From an uncultured Thermoleophilia bacterium (lineage in GTDB: Bacteria > Actinomycetota > Thermoleophilia > Gaiellales > Gaiellaceae), in assembly GCA_963727515.1 (NCBI GenBank), contig CAVSGN010000008.1, positions 20,146-84,145 on the forward strand: a stretch of 64,000 nt of DNA, given 5' to 3'. The notes below the pieces were generated by a model. It did not search any database. It was not told where the DNA came from and saw nothing but the letters and a program-made list of their open reading frames with translations. Below, piece after piece: positions 41,201-51,008 of the stretch; positions within the stretch are counted from its first letter, which is position 1, and each line of letters starts with the position of its first letter. The translations under genes were made by a program, and so were the position numbers.

Positions 41201-41776
41201 GTGCCGGAGACACCCGAGCGACTCTACGAGCGGGTCGCCGAGAGCCTGATCATGCCCCCGGTCGGGGAGTGGGAGACGTTTCCCTTCGACGGTGAGATGC
41301 GACCACGACCGCTCTCGCCCCCGACCGCCGTCGATCGGCCGCGCCGTGGGGTGGGCGGGGTCGACTGCCACAGCTGCCTGGCGCCCGATGACGACTACCT
41401 GTGGGTCTCCGCCCGCTGGCGCCTGCGTGGGCTCGGAGAGCCCTCGGGCCTCCCGGTCGTCGTCCTCCTCGAGCCACGCCGGCACGTCGCAGAGCCCGGT
41501 GACCTGCCCGACGAGCTGGCGTCGGAGCTCGGCCTCATGATCACACGCGTCGAGAGGGCGGTTCGCTCGGTCGGCGAGATCGGACGCGTCCACGTCTGCC
41601 GCTGGGGCGACGGCGGCGAGCACCTGCACTGGTGGTTCATGGCCCGGCCGGCGAGGCTGCCTCAGCTGATCGGTAGCTTCGCCGCCGTCTGGGACGACAT
41701 CCTGCCGCCGACACCCGAGCACATCTGGAGGGCGAATCTCGCGCACGTCGCCCGAGAGCTGGAGTCTGGCACGTAG
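41201..41776 (+). CDS. HIT-like hypothetical protein
   Basis: CHSC near the N-terminus and RVHVCRWGDGGEHLHWWFMARP, a HIT-like HxHxW variant. Confidence 0.62.
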   Translation: MPETPERLYERVAESLIMPPVGEWETFPFDGEMRPRPLSPPTAVDRPRRGVGGVDCHSCLAPDDDYLWVSARWRLRGLGEPSGLPVVVLLEPRRHVAEPGDLPDELASELGLMITRVERAVRSVGEIGRVHVCRWGDGGEHLHWWFMARPARLPQLIGSFAAVWDDILPPTPEHIWRANLAHVARELESGT

Positions 41777-41809
41777 CGCGATTCTCGACCGCCGGGTCGC
41801 GTGCCGGCC

Positions 41810-42367
41810 TCAGCGATCCTCCGGGAGCGACCCCTCCCGGTAGGGGGCGAAGGTCGACCGCGGTAGCCCGGCGCGGATCGACGCGTACGCCTCGGCCGGG
41901 CTCGTCGTCTCGTGGTCGACGCTCGCTCCGTGACGTGCAGCCGCGGGCGAGACCGGGTAGACGAGGCCGCCGCCGATCCCCCGGCCGCGGGCGCCGACCG
42001 CGACAACGATCGCCGGTTCGTCACCCGCCCCGACGATGACGTGAGCAGTACCGCCGGGGCAATGAAAGAAATCCCACGCCCGAAGCCGCCGTTCCTGCTC
42101 CTCCACGATCAGGATGCACTCACCTGCGACGACGAGAAACCCCTCCTGGGCGTTCTCGCGGTGGTACCTCCCGAGCGCCTCGCCGGGCTCGAGGACGCTG
42201 ATGTTGAATCCGACCTGGGAGAAGCGGCGCTTGCCTTCGAAGGTGCAGTAGGTGCCGAGCGGGCCCTCGCGCTTCCAGCGTGACGCACGGGCGTCCATGA
42301 CGAACCAGCCGTCGCCGTCGACGACGAGACCGTTCTTCGTCGCCCGGGGAAGAGCCTTGTGAGCCAC
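41810..42367 (-). CDS. Cupin domain protein
   Basis: YHRENAQEGFLVVAGECILIVE, FHCPGGTAHVIVG. Confidence 0.82.
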   Translation of the reverse strand: MAHKALPRATKNGLVVDGDGWFVMDARASRWKREGPLGTYCTFEGKRRFSQVGFNISVLEPGEALGRYHRENAQEGFLVVAGECILIVEEQERRLRAWDFFHCPGGTAHVIVGAGDEPAIVVAVGARGRGIGGGLVYPVSPAAARHGASVDHETTSPAEAYASIRAGLPRSTFAPYREGSLPEDR

Positions 42368-42391
42368 CGATTCGTCGGAGGGATCGGCCGG

Positions 42392-42847
42392 CTAGTCCGG
42401 CTTCGCGCCCATCGCCCAGATCGTGACGACGTACGCTGCGAGCAGGATGAGCGAGAGGATCATGCTCGTCCGGAGCAGGCCGCTGCCGCCACCGTTCTTC
42501 AGTTTCCGAACACCGATGCCCCCGACGATGAGGGCGATCAGGAGGAGTAACGCGCCGGCGTCGGCCGTGATGTAGCCGATGCCGATCCAGGCGGGATCCG
42601 AGAGCGCCTTGTCGAGGCCCTCCTTGCTGTAGAGCCACTCGGCGCCGATGCGCATGACGACGTACCCGGGCAGGCCGACGGCGAGAAGCGAGAAGTAGCC
42701 CATCCGAAGCATGGCTTCCCGCCCGTGGGCCAGGCCGAGCGCGAGCGCCGCCGTCATCAGGCCGCCGATGAGGATCATCGCGCCGAAGACGTGCAGGAAG
42801 AGCGGCACGTTCCAGCTGTCCGGCCGGATCGAGGCGAGCAGTGTCAT
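42392..42847 (-). CDS. Integral membrane protein, DUF2269-like
   Basis: Four hydrophobic segments, LFLHVFGAM, C-terminal WAMGAKP. Confidence 0.7.
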   Translation of the reverse strand: MTLLASIRPDSWNVPLFLHVFGAMILIGGLMTAALALGLAHGREAMLRMGYFSLLAVGLPGYVVMRIGAEWLYSKEGLDKALSDPAWIGIGYITADAGALLLLIALIVGGIGVRKLKNGGGSGLLRTSMILSLILLAAYVVTIWAMGAKPD

Positions 42848-43323
42848 GCGCCCGGCTTCCAGATCATGTCGACGAGAATGAGCACGAACGCAAGGCTCGA
42901 GAGGGCGTGCATGGCGAACGCGGTGGTCGAGTTGTTCAACGCCGACAGCTCGGCATTCGGGGCTGTCTCGCCTGCGGCCTGGAGCTCCCGCGCTCGATCA
43001 CCTGCAAGTTGGAATTCGGTACCGCTGCGGCGACCTGTCTCGAACCCGATCGCCCAGAGAACGAGTGCGATCAGGACCCAGCCGTCCCAGAGCTGGTAGC
43101 GGTCGAGTGAGATGGCGAGCCAAACCCCGAAGACGATCGTGCCGAGGAACGCGACCGCGATCACGATCTCACCGCGGCGCGCCACGTCGTTGATTCCGAC
43201 GGTCGTGTCGGGAAGGTCGGTGCGACGGAGGGAAAAGACGAGGATCCAGAAGAGCACCACCGCGCCCCCTGCCGCGACCGCGCTGAGGAGATGGAGAGCC
43301 AGAATCCAGTCGTCGAGCTGCAC
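42844..43323 (-). CDS. Integral membrane protein, DUF2269-like (tandem paralog)
   Basis: LALHLLSAV, W..IALVLW, C-terminal DMIWKPG; ATGA overlap with the next gene. Confidence 0.72.
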   Translation of the reverse strand: MQLDDWILALHLLSAVAAGGAVVLFWILVFSLRRTDLPDTTVGINDVARRGEIVIAVAFLGTIVFGVWLAISLDRYQLWDGWVLIALVLWAIGFETGRRSGTEFQLAGDRARELQAAGETAPNAELSALNNSTTAFAMHALSSLAFVLILVDMIWKPGA

Positions 43324-43543
43324 GGCCGGATCCTACGAAATCCTCGGGCGGCGTGCAACGTTCGTCAACACCGGCGGAGCTCCGGCTCGGCGGGCTCCAT
43401 GGCACGACTTCTCGTTCCAGCGGGCGCCTCCAGCACCCCGACGGGGCCGGAGTGTCAGCCGGCACATTAAGGTTGCGGAAGGGCAGGGTAAAGATCGGGG
43501 ACGGCGTCAGCCCGAGCTCCTCGGCTGGGCGTAGTCTCGGCAG

Positions 43544-45616
43544 GTGGAATCTCTCCCGCCGCTTCCAAGCGTCGACGATCGAGCGGCTCGGCGAAGCGCG
43601 CGGCGACGACGGGCCGTTCGTCGTCGGACGGTCGGGGTCTTCCTCGTCGTGGCGGTCGTCACGGGCTGCGTGACGCTCGCGGGTTTGGCCAGGCACAGCC
43701 CGACACACCGTGCGACAGCGTCGCACGGGCGCCGGCCGGCGCGGCCGCGCGCCTCGGCGCCGCCACAACCCACCGCCGCGTCCGTCGTGCTCGGGTTGCC
43801 GAACGTGAAGCCTGGTCCCGTGCCGGGATACCTGCTGGTGGCTGACCGCAACAACAACAGGCTGCTGATCCTGTCACCTGCGAAGAAGATCGTCTGGCGG
43901 TTTCCTCGTCCCGGCGACGTCCGGGCCGGGCAGTCGTTCCACGACCCCGACGACGCCTTCTTCACCCCGGGCTACACCGGCATCTCGACGAACGAGGAGT
44001 TCAACGATCAGATGGCGTTGATCTCGATCAAGCACCATCGCATCACCTGGTCGTACGGGCGCGCCGGCGTGGCCGGCTCGGCGGCCGGCGAGCTCTCGAA
44101 CCCCGACGATGCGTACCTCCTCGCGCACAACCGGATGATGGTCGCGGACATCCGCAACTGCCGTGTGCTGATCGTGGACAGAGCCCACCGGATTCTCCAC
44201 TCCTTTGGCTCTCCTGCCCGCTGCTACCACCACCCACCCGACTCGTTCAGCTCGCCGAACGGCGCCACCCCGCTGCCCGGCGGCGGCGTCCTGATCACCG
44301 AGATCGGCGGCTGGATCGACCGGCTCGACCGGAACGGGGCTCTCGTCTACACGGTGCGAACGCCGACCACCTACCCGTCCGACGCCCAGCTGCTCCCCGA
44401 CGGCAACCTGCTCGTAGCAGGGTTCAATACCCCCGGCCGGGTCGACATCATCTCCCCCTCGGGTGCGATCAAGTGGTCGTACGGCCCGTCGGCCGGCCCG
44501 GGGTCACTCGACCGCCCCTCTCTCGCAGTCCGCTGGCCCAACGGCATGATTGCGGTCACCGACGACTGGCACCACCGGATCGTCGTGATCGATCCGAAGT
44601 CGAAGCGAATCGTCTGGCAGTACGGGCACTTCGGCGTTGCGTCGATGGCGGACGGGTACCTCTCCAAGCCTGACGGCCTCGACCTGCTCCCCGCGGTCAC
44701 GAGCGGTGCGACCGAAAAGGTCGCGGCCGCGACCCCGGCCCCCGCCCGTCGGGCGCTCACCGCGCAGGCTGCGTCACACGTGTCCGTGCGGGTCATCGGG
44801 CACCTACCGACCGCAGCCGAACGCGTCTCCGTCGTCGCGCTTCCCGACGGGAAGATCGCGACGCTCGGCGGGCTCACTGCCACCGGATCGTCCAATCAGG
44901 TGCTCGTCGGGAGACCGTCGGCGCTGCACCACGTCGGGACATTGCCCGTAGCCACGCATGACGCCGCCGCTTCGCTTCTCGGCCGCTACGTCTTCCTGTT
45001 CGGAGGCGGCCAGACGACGTCGTTCGACACGATCGATCGCCTCGACCCCACGACCGGCACCGTCGCGCACGTGGGAACGATCGGCGAGCCGCTCTCGGAT
45101 CTCGCGGCGGCGACCGTCGGTCGTCGGGTGTACCTCGTCGGCGGATACACCGGTGCGGCGTGGGCGACCGCGATCCAGCGCTTCGTCCCCGGGAAGACTC
45201 CCTCGGTCGTCGGCCGGCTACCGGCAGGGCTCCGCTACGCCGGCGTCGCCGCCCTCGGGCGCAGCGTCTACATCGCGGGAGGGGTCACGACCGCAGGGAC
45301 GAGCTCGGCGATCCTCGCCTTCGACCCTCTCCACGGAGGCGTTCGGCGCATCGGCTCGCTCCCTCATCCCATTGCCCACGGCGCCCTCGTCGCGCTCGGC
45401 AGTCGGCTCTACCTGATCGGCGGCACCGACGCCGGCGGCAAGCCACTCGACACGGTGATCCGCATCGAGCCGCGCACCGGGTCGACCACAACCGTGGGCT
45501 CGCTGCCCCACCCCCTCGCCGACGCCGGCGCGGCGGCGACGGGGGGAGCAATCGTCGTCGTCGGCGGCAAGTCCACGACCCTGACAGCGGACATTCTCGA
45601 GATCCGACCCGGGTGA
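43544..45616 (+). CDS. Membrane-anchored protein with NHL-like propeller plus Kelch repeats
   Basis: Basic stretch + TM at the N-terminus; repeated P.DA..L.DG..LVAD units (about aa 95-385); Kelch-like YL.GG repeats in the C-terminal half. Confidence 0.8.
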   Translation: MESLPPLPSVDDRAARRSARRRRAVRRRTVGVFLVVAVVTGCVTLAGLARHSPTHRATASHGRRPARPRASAPPQPTAASVVLGLPNVKPGPVPGYLLVADRNNNRLLILSPAKKIVWRFPRPGDVRAGQSFHDPDDAFFTPGYTGISTNEEFNDQMALISIKHHRITWSYGRAGVAGSAAGELSNPDDAYLLAHNRMMVADIRNCRVLIVDRAHRILHSFGSPARCYHHPPDSFSSPNGATPLPGGGVLITEIGGWIDRLDRNGALVYTVRTPTTYPSDAQLLPDGNLLVAGFNTPGRVDIISPSGAIKWSYGPSAGPGSLDRPSLAVRWPNGMIAVTDDWHHRIVVIDPKSKRIVWQYGHFGVASMADGYLSKPDGLDLLPAVTSGATEKVAAATPAPARRALTAQAASHVSVRVIGHLPTAAERVSVVALPDGKIATLGGLTATGSSNQVLVGRPSALHHVGTLPVATHDAAASLLGRYVFLFGGGQTTSFDTIDRLDPTTGTVAHVGTIGEPLSDLAAATVGRRVYLVGGYTGAAWATAIQRFVPGKTPSVVGRLPAGLRYAGVAALGRSVYIAGGVTTAGTSSAILAFDPLHGGVRRIGSLPHPIAHGALVALGSRLYLIGGTDAGGKPLDTVIRIEPRTGSTTTVGSLPHPLADAGAAATGGAIVVVGGKSTTLTADILEIRPG

Positions 45617-45706
45617 GCTCGGTCCGCTTGGTGCCGGGCCCGGTTGAACCGATGTTTGGCGTCTACTCGACGGCAATACCGTCGAGCCCGTCAACCACAA
45701 CCAGAG

Positions 45707-46045
45707 CTAGCAGGCGCCCGGTTCCGGCGTTCCCCCGGGCCCGACGAGGTGCTGGAGCACGACTCCCTGTGTCAGCTGGAGGCAGTAGGAGGTTGCGTCG
45801 GCCCGGACGAGCGTGAGCGGCGGCCGCACGGGCGTTCCCGCGTAGGTGCCGCTGACGGTGTACTCGGCCGCGAGGCTTGCCTCGGCGCCGGTGAACGCTG
45901 CGCGCATCGTCGTCGCGATCAGCGTCGAGGCGCTATCCGCGGCGCCGTTCGACGCGCTCTCGGTACCGGGCAGGATGATCCGCCAGCCGCCGAAGGCGAC
46001 GGCTGCAATCGTGAGGCCGAGAGTGAGATAGAGGCGTGCGGACAC
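45707..46045 (-). CDS. Hypothetical secreted/membrane-anchored protein with C-terminal Cys pair
   Basis: N-terminal hydrophobic helix (LYLTLGLTIAAVAFGGW); ends SYCLQL...GPGGTPEPGAC; start inferred. Confidence 0.6.
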   Translation of the reverse strand: MSARLYLTLGLTIAAVAFGGWRIILPGTESASNGAADSASTLIATTMRAAFTGAEASLAAEYTVSGTYAGTPVRPPLTLVRADATSYCLQLTQGVVLQHLVGPGGTPEPGAC

Positions 46046-46168
46046 GATTCTTGTATCGGCACGTACCGGTGAATTCTCAATCGATCGAACGCCCACTGAT
46101 CCCGGTCGGCAACCGTAACACCGGAGACAGCGAAAGGGCGTTTTGACGAATCAGATCGTGAGCATGGC

Positions 46169-47026
46169 TCAGCGCGGCACCTCGCCGGCGGGCGACGACC
46201 ACGTTCCTTCGCTCTCCTCCATGCGCCGCCACTCCTCGGCGACGTCGAGGTGGGTGGCGAACCAGACATCGGGGAAGCTCGCGATGTACGTGAGCAGCTC
46301 GTCCATCATCGCAATCCGCGGGTGCCTGCCGATACAGAACGGGTGAATCACGAGCAGGAAGCAGCCGCCGGCGGCATAGGACCCGTCGAACTCCGCCTTC
46401 CAGATCTCCAGCACCTGGGAGGGCGTCGCGTACCCCGACATGTACGGGAAGAAGTTGAAGAGGAAGTAGGGAGCGTCATCGAGCTCCCAGCTGACGGGCA
46501 GCTCGACGAAGTTGCGTAGCGGCCCGCCAAGGACAGGCACGCGGGGCCGGTAGGGCTCGTCGTGACCGAAGAGGCTCGAGTCATACGCGAATCCGAACTC
46601 CTCCAGAAGGTCCGCGGTGTTCGGGCCGAGCGCGAACGGCGGAGACCGGTTTCCGCGCGGCTTCGTGCCGAACATCTCCTCGATACGGCCGATCCCGCGG
46701 CGCATGAGCTCGCGCTCGTCGTCGATCGGGATGTCGAGCACGCTCTCGTGGTAGTAGCCGTGATAGCCGATCTCCACGTCGCGAGTGGCGATCTCGCGGC
46801 AGGCGTCGGGGTGATCGTCGATCACCTGCCCGGGCACCATGAAGGTCGCCGGAATCTGGTGCTTGTCCATCAGCTTCAGGATTCGCGGGATCCCCGCGCG
46901 AATGTCGTAGTCGCCGCGCGAAAGGGGGCTCGGCGTGTTCAGCTCGAAGGTTCCGCTCCAGAGCGTCTCGGCGTCGAAGTCAACCGAGATCGTGACTGCG
47001 CATCGGTACTTGTCCTTCCATTTCAT
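46169..47026 (-). CDS. Polysaccharide deacetylase-fold hydrolase (PuuE/HP0310-like subfamily)
   Basis: AVTISVDFDAE, ATFMVPG, EIGYHGYYHE, G.RSP, ELPVSWELDD.PYF, IHPFCIGR.PR. Confidence 0.85.
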   Translation of the reverse strand: MKWKDKYRCAVTISVDFDAETLWSGTFELNTPSPLSRGDYDIRAGIPRILKLMDKHQIPATFMVPGQVIDDHPDACREIATRDVEIGYHGYYHESVLDIPIDDERELMRRGIGRIEEMFGTKPRGNRSPPFALGPNTADLLEEFGFAYDSSLFGHDEPYRPRVPVLGGPLRNFVELPVSWELDDAPYFLFNFFPYMSGYATPSQVLEIWKAEFDGSYAAGGCFLLVIHPFCIGRHPRIAMMDELLTYIASFPDVWFATHLDVAEEWRRMEESEGTWSSPAGEVPR

Positions 47027-47048
47027 GGTCGCCTCCGTTCGAGCGTCG

Positions 47049-48480
47049 TCAGCCGCCGAGGTCGGTGAGGTCGGGTCGGCGGCTCTGGATATCGGCGGTG
47101 CCCGACCAGAACGCGTGTGCCGCGCCGAGCACGCGAGCGTCGGCCCACGGCGGACCGGTGAACTGGACACCCACGGGGATTCCGAGTTCGTCGAAGCCCG
47201 CGCGGACGGCGCAGGTCGGCAGCCCGGCCAGGTCCTGCGGGACGGTGTTGCTCATCACCAGTCTGCCTGAACTCGATCGGCGAGCCCAGGTGCTCGACGA
47301 GCTCTTCCCCGATCAAGCACGGTGGCCCGGCGGAGATCGGCGTCAGGATGAGATCGACCTCGCGAAAGGCGCGCGCGAACCCGGCTCGCAGCCGCTGACG
47401 GTCGGCGGCCGCGCGCAGGTATTCAACCGTGCCCTCGCTCGCCGCGAGCTCGAGGCGCGCTCGGACATCGGAACCGTACTCGTCGGCGCGTGCCGGGAAA
47501 AGGCCCGCTTCGCGGTGCGTGAACAGTGCCTCGGCCCGCTGCGTCGCGCCGAAGGTCTCGAACACCGTGGCTGCCTCCGCCAGGTCGATCTCGCCGACGT
47601 CGGCCGCCAGGCCTCGCGTCGCTCGGATGGCCGCGGCGAACACCGCGGCGACATCCGGCGCGAGCGGTATCGGATGAAGGTCGGAGCAGAGCCCGACGCG
47701 GAGACCCGAAAGGCCATGCGCGAGTGCTTTCTCGAGGTCTCCGAGGGCCACGTCCTCGGTGGACGCGTCGCCGGGGTCGTAGCCGGCGATCGCCTCGAGC
47801 AACAGCGCGGCGTCGGCGGGGGTTCGGGCCATCGGCCCGGGATGATCGAGGCTGTGCGCCAGCGGCCAGACCCCGGCGAGGCTGACACGTCCGTAGGTCG
47901 GCTTGAAGCCGACGGTGCCGCAGAACGACGAGGGCACGCGAATCGAGCCGCCCGTATCACTCCCGATCGCGAGCGGAACCTGATGGCTCGCGAGCGCGAC
48001 CGCCGACCCGCCGCTCGAGCCGCCCGAGATCCGATCCCGCGCCCACGGGTTTCGACTCGTTCGCAACAGCGTGTTGACCGACGAGATACCCCAGGCGAAC
48101 TCGTGCGTCTGCGTCTTGCCGACGAGGATTCCACCGGCGGCACGCGCCCGACGGACGGCCTCGGCGTCAGCGGCCGGCACGTGGTCGGAGAACATCGGTG
48201 ATCCGTAGGTCGTCGTGACACCCTCGGTGTCGAACAGGTCCTTGACGCCGAATGGGATTCCGGTGAGAGGCTCGAGGTCGCCGCCTCGAGCGAAACGCTG
48301 CTCGGCAGCCTCGGCCTCGGCTCTCGCTCGGTCGAGGCACAGTGCATTGAAGGCGGCCAGGCCGTCGTCGACCTGCGCGATCCGCTCCGCGCACGCCTCG
48401 ATCACGTCGACCGGCGAGACCTCGCGCCTGCGGTACGCATCGCGCAGCTCGACCGCCGAAAGTGCTGTCAGCTCGGTCAT
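47049..48480 (-). CDS. Amidase signature family protein (AtzE/GatA-like; frameshift about 47262)
   Basis: GVKDLFD, GKTQTHEFAWG, SGGSSGGSA, GSDTGGSIRVPSSFCG, DLAGLP..A, G.PVGVQ. Confidence 0.88.
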
Positions 48481-49499
48481 GGTGTCGACACCATCTCATG
48501 GGTGGGCCGTGTGTCGCCCGCGGCAGCCGCCCGGTCGCGGAGGATGACCTTGAGGCGTGCCGCGGCGTCGATCGCCCTGGTCTGAGGGACACTGACGCCG
48601 ACGAGCTCGGCGATCTCGATCACGGCGCCGCTCAGGCAATCGACTTCGAGAGGCTTGCCGTCGTCGTAGTCCTGCAGCATCGATGTTCGGTGGTCGCCGA
48701 CGGCGATCCCCGCTTCGAGTCGTCGTTCGATCGAAACGGGCATCGTGATCCCGAGCCGTTCGCCGACCGAAGCGCACTCCTCCATGATCGCGCGGGCGAG
48801 AACGACGGCCTCGGGCGCGAGCGCGAGCTCGCCAAGGGTCGCCCCGGTGACCATCGTGGTGGGGTTGAACGCGACGTTGCCGATCAGCTTGAGCCACAGC
48901 TGCTCGCGAATCTGGCTCTCGATCGGGCACTTGAGGCCCCCTGCGCCGAACGCGGCCGAGATCGCCCGGCAGCGCTCGCTCGTCGATCCGTCGGGCTCGC
49001 CGATCGCGAACCGTGTCCCTTCGATATGACGGACGACACCCGGCTCGACGAGCTCGGTCGCGGGATACGTGACGCAGCCGACGACCCGGGACCGATCGAT
49101 CGAGCTGGAGACGATCCCGTCCGGGTCCACACAGGTGACGATCGTTCCCTCGTGCTCGCCGCCGAACGAGTCGAAGAACCACCATGGCACGCCGTTCTGG
49201 GCCGGCAAGACGACCGTTTCGCTCCCGAGCAGCCCGCCGATCTCAGGGGCGAGCCCGGGGATGCTGTATGCCTTGAGCCCGATCACGACGACGTCGGCTT
49301 CCCGAAGCGCCTGCAGGTCGTCCGTCGCGGGGATGTGCGCCTGGAAGTCGCCGCGCGGCGAGAGGACGCGCACACCGTTCTCCCGAAGGGCGGCAAGCTG
49401 AGGCCCGCGGGCGATCAATACGACGTCCGAGCCGCCGCGGGCGAGCGCCGCACCGAGGTACGAGCCGATCGCGCCGCTTCCGAGGATCACGAATCGCAT
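48477..49499 (-). CDS. Ketopantoate reductase (PanE/ApbA) family protein, oxalyl-CoA reductase-like subfamily
   Basis: GSGAIG, GLKAY, AQNGVPWWFF, GTRFAIGEPDG, WLKL.GN..FNP, RTSMLQD..G..LE. Confidence 0.85.
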   Translation of the reverse strand: MRFVILGSGAIGSYLGAALARGGSDVVLIARGPQLAALRENGVRVLSPRGDFQAHIPATDDLQALREADVVVIGLKAYSIPGLAPEIGGLLGSETVVLPAQNGVPWWFFDSFGGEHEGTIVTCVDPDGIVSSSIDRSRVVGCVTYPATELVEPGVVRHIEGTRFAIGEPDGSTSERCRAISAAFGAGGLKCPIESQIREQLWLKLIGNVAFNPTTMVTGATLGELALAPEAVVLARAIMEECASVGERLGITMPVSIERRLEAGIAVGDHRTSMLQDYDDGKPLEVDCLSGAVIEIAELVGVSVPQTRAIDAAARLKVILRDRAAAAGDTRPTHEMVSTP

Positions 49500-49501
49500 C
49501 G

Positions 49502-51007
49502 TCAGTCCTCCCCGAAGTGGGCGGCCATTCTGGGCCGTTGAACCTTGCCGGTCGGCGTTCGAGGGATGCTCTCGACGATGTGGACGACGCTCGGCACCTT
49601 GAAGCCGGCCAGCTGCCCGGCACAGTGGGTCGTGACATCTGTCTCGGTCAGATCGCCCTGCGGGACGACGGCAGCACCGACGAGCTGACCGTACTTCGCG
49701 TCGGGAATCCCGTACGCGACCGCTTCGGCCACAGCCGGATGGGCCTTCAGGGCGGCCTCGATCTCGAGGGGCGAGATGTTCTCACCGCCGCGGATGATGA
49801 TCTCCTTGATCCGTCCTGTCAGGACGAGATACCCGTCCTCGAAGCGCCCCTGGTCGCCGGTCCGGAACCAGCCGTCACGAAACGACTCGGCGTTGGCCTT
49901 GTCGTTCGCGAGGTAGCCGGCCGTCACGCCCGGGCCGCGGATCACGACTTCCCCGACGTCGCCGTCCGGCACGGGGCGCCCGCTCTCGTCGACGACCTGG
50001 ATCTCCGCCCCCGTCGGGACGCCGACCGACCCGGGAACCCTGCGCCCCGGCGGAAGAGGATTCGCGGCCATCTCGTGGCTCGCTTCGGTCATTCCGTACG
50101 CCTCGAGGACAGGCACCCCGAGATACTCCTCCAACAACGTCAGCACCCGGGGCTCGAGCGCAGAGCTGCATGAGCGCGCGAATCGCAGTCTCGATCCCTC
50201 GAGCTCCGACGGTGCGCGCTCGAGCACCATCTGATGCAGAGTCGGGCTCGCCGAATACCAGGTGACGCCGTGATCGCGGAGCTGCGACCAGAAGCGACCG
50301 GGCCCAACCCTCCGTGGCACGATGACGGTCCCTCCGGCGGCAAGCTGCGCGAACGTCGACGCGACGAGACCGTGCACGTGAAAGAGCGGCATCGCGCAGT
50401 ACGAGACGTCCTTCGGGGTGAGCGAGTAATGGCGGGCGATCGACCGTGCGGATGCCACCAGGTTGCGATGGAGGAGGGGCACCTGCTTCGGTCTGCTCGT
50501 CGTGCCGCTCGTGTGAAGGAGAAGCGCGATGTCGTCCGGCGTCGCGACGGTGAGGTTCGGCTGTCGTGTCTCTCCTTCGAGCGAAACGAGCGTCGGAGGA
50601 GCGCCGTCCGTCAGCGTCACGTCGATGACGGGCACGGCGTCCCGCGCTGCGCCGCGGGCGGCCTCGCCCTCGCCCGCCCCGAGGAGGAGCACGCGCGGCT
50701 CGAGATCGTCGAGGTAGAACGCGAACTCGGTCTCGCTGTATGCGGGATTGAGCGGGGCGGCGGCAGCACCGAGGGAGGCGATTGCGAGGAGGATCTCCAC
50801 GAATTCTGGCCCGGGGGAGAGGGCGAGTGCGACGCAGTCGCCGCGCGTCACTCCGAACGAGGAGAGTCGCACGGCGAGAGCCTCGACCGCGTCGGTGAGC
50901 TCGCGGTAGGTGATCGGGTCGGCATCCTCGGGCGCGCGGAGTGCGGGACAGCCGTCGTCCTGCACGAGGATGTCCGAGAGCGTTGAGGTCTGGGCGATGT
51001 CGCTCAT
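49502..51007 (-). CDS. Acyl-CoA synthetase, oxalate-CoA ligase-like (AAE3/Pcs60 subfamily)
   Basis: AAAPLNPAY, LHTSGTTSRPKQVPL.H.NL, MPLFHVHGL, TWYSASPTLHQ, RFARSCSSAL, EAYGMTEASH.M..NPLPP, GSVG. Confidence 0.8.
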   Translation of the reverse strand: MSDIAQTSTLSDILVQDDGCPALRAPEDADPITYRELTDAVEALAVRLSSFGVTRGDCVALALSPGPEFVEILLAIASLGAAAAPLNPAYSETEFAFYLDDLEPRVLLLGAGEGEAARGAARDAVPVIDVTLTDGAPPTLVSLEGETRQPNLTVATPDDIALLLHTSGTTSRPKQVPLLHRNLVASARSIARHYSLTPKDVSYCAMPLFHVHGLVASTFAQLAAGGTVIVPRRVGPGRFWSQLRDHGVTWYSASPTLHQMVLERAPSELEGSRLRFARSCSSALEPRVLTLLEEYLGVPVLEAYGMTEASHEMAANPLPPGRRVPGSVGVPTGAEIQVVDESGRPVPDGDVGEVVIRGPGVTAGYLANDKANAESFRDGWFRTGDQGRFEDGYLVLTGRIKEIIIRGGENISPLEIEAALKAHPAVAEAVAYGIPDAKYGQLVGAAVVPQGDLTETDVTTHCAGQLAGFKVPSVVHIVESIPRTPTGKVQRPRMAAHFGED

Positions 51008-51008
51008 C

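Noticed and set aside
43324-43543. Riboswitch or ncRNA in the 220-nt divergent spacer
   Set aside because: Only short GC hairpins; no conserved riboswitch motif recognised. A covariance-model (Rfam) search would settle it.
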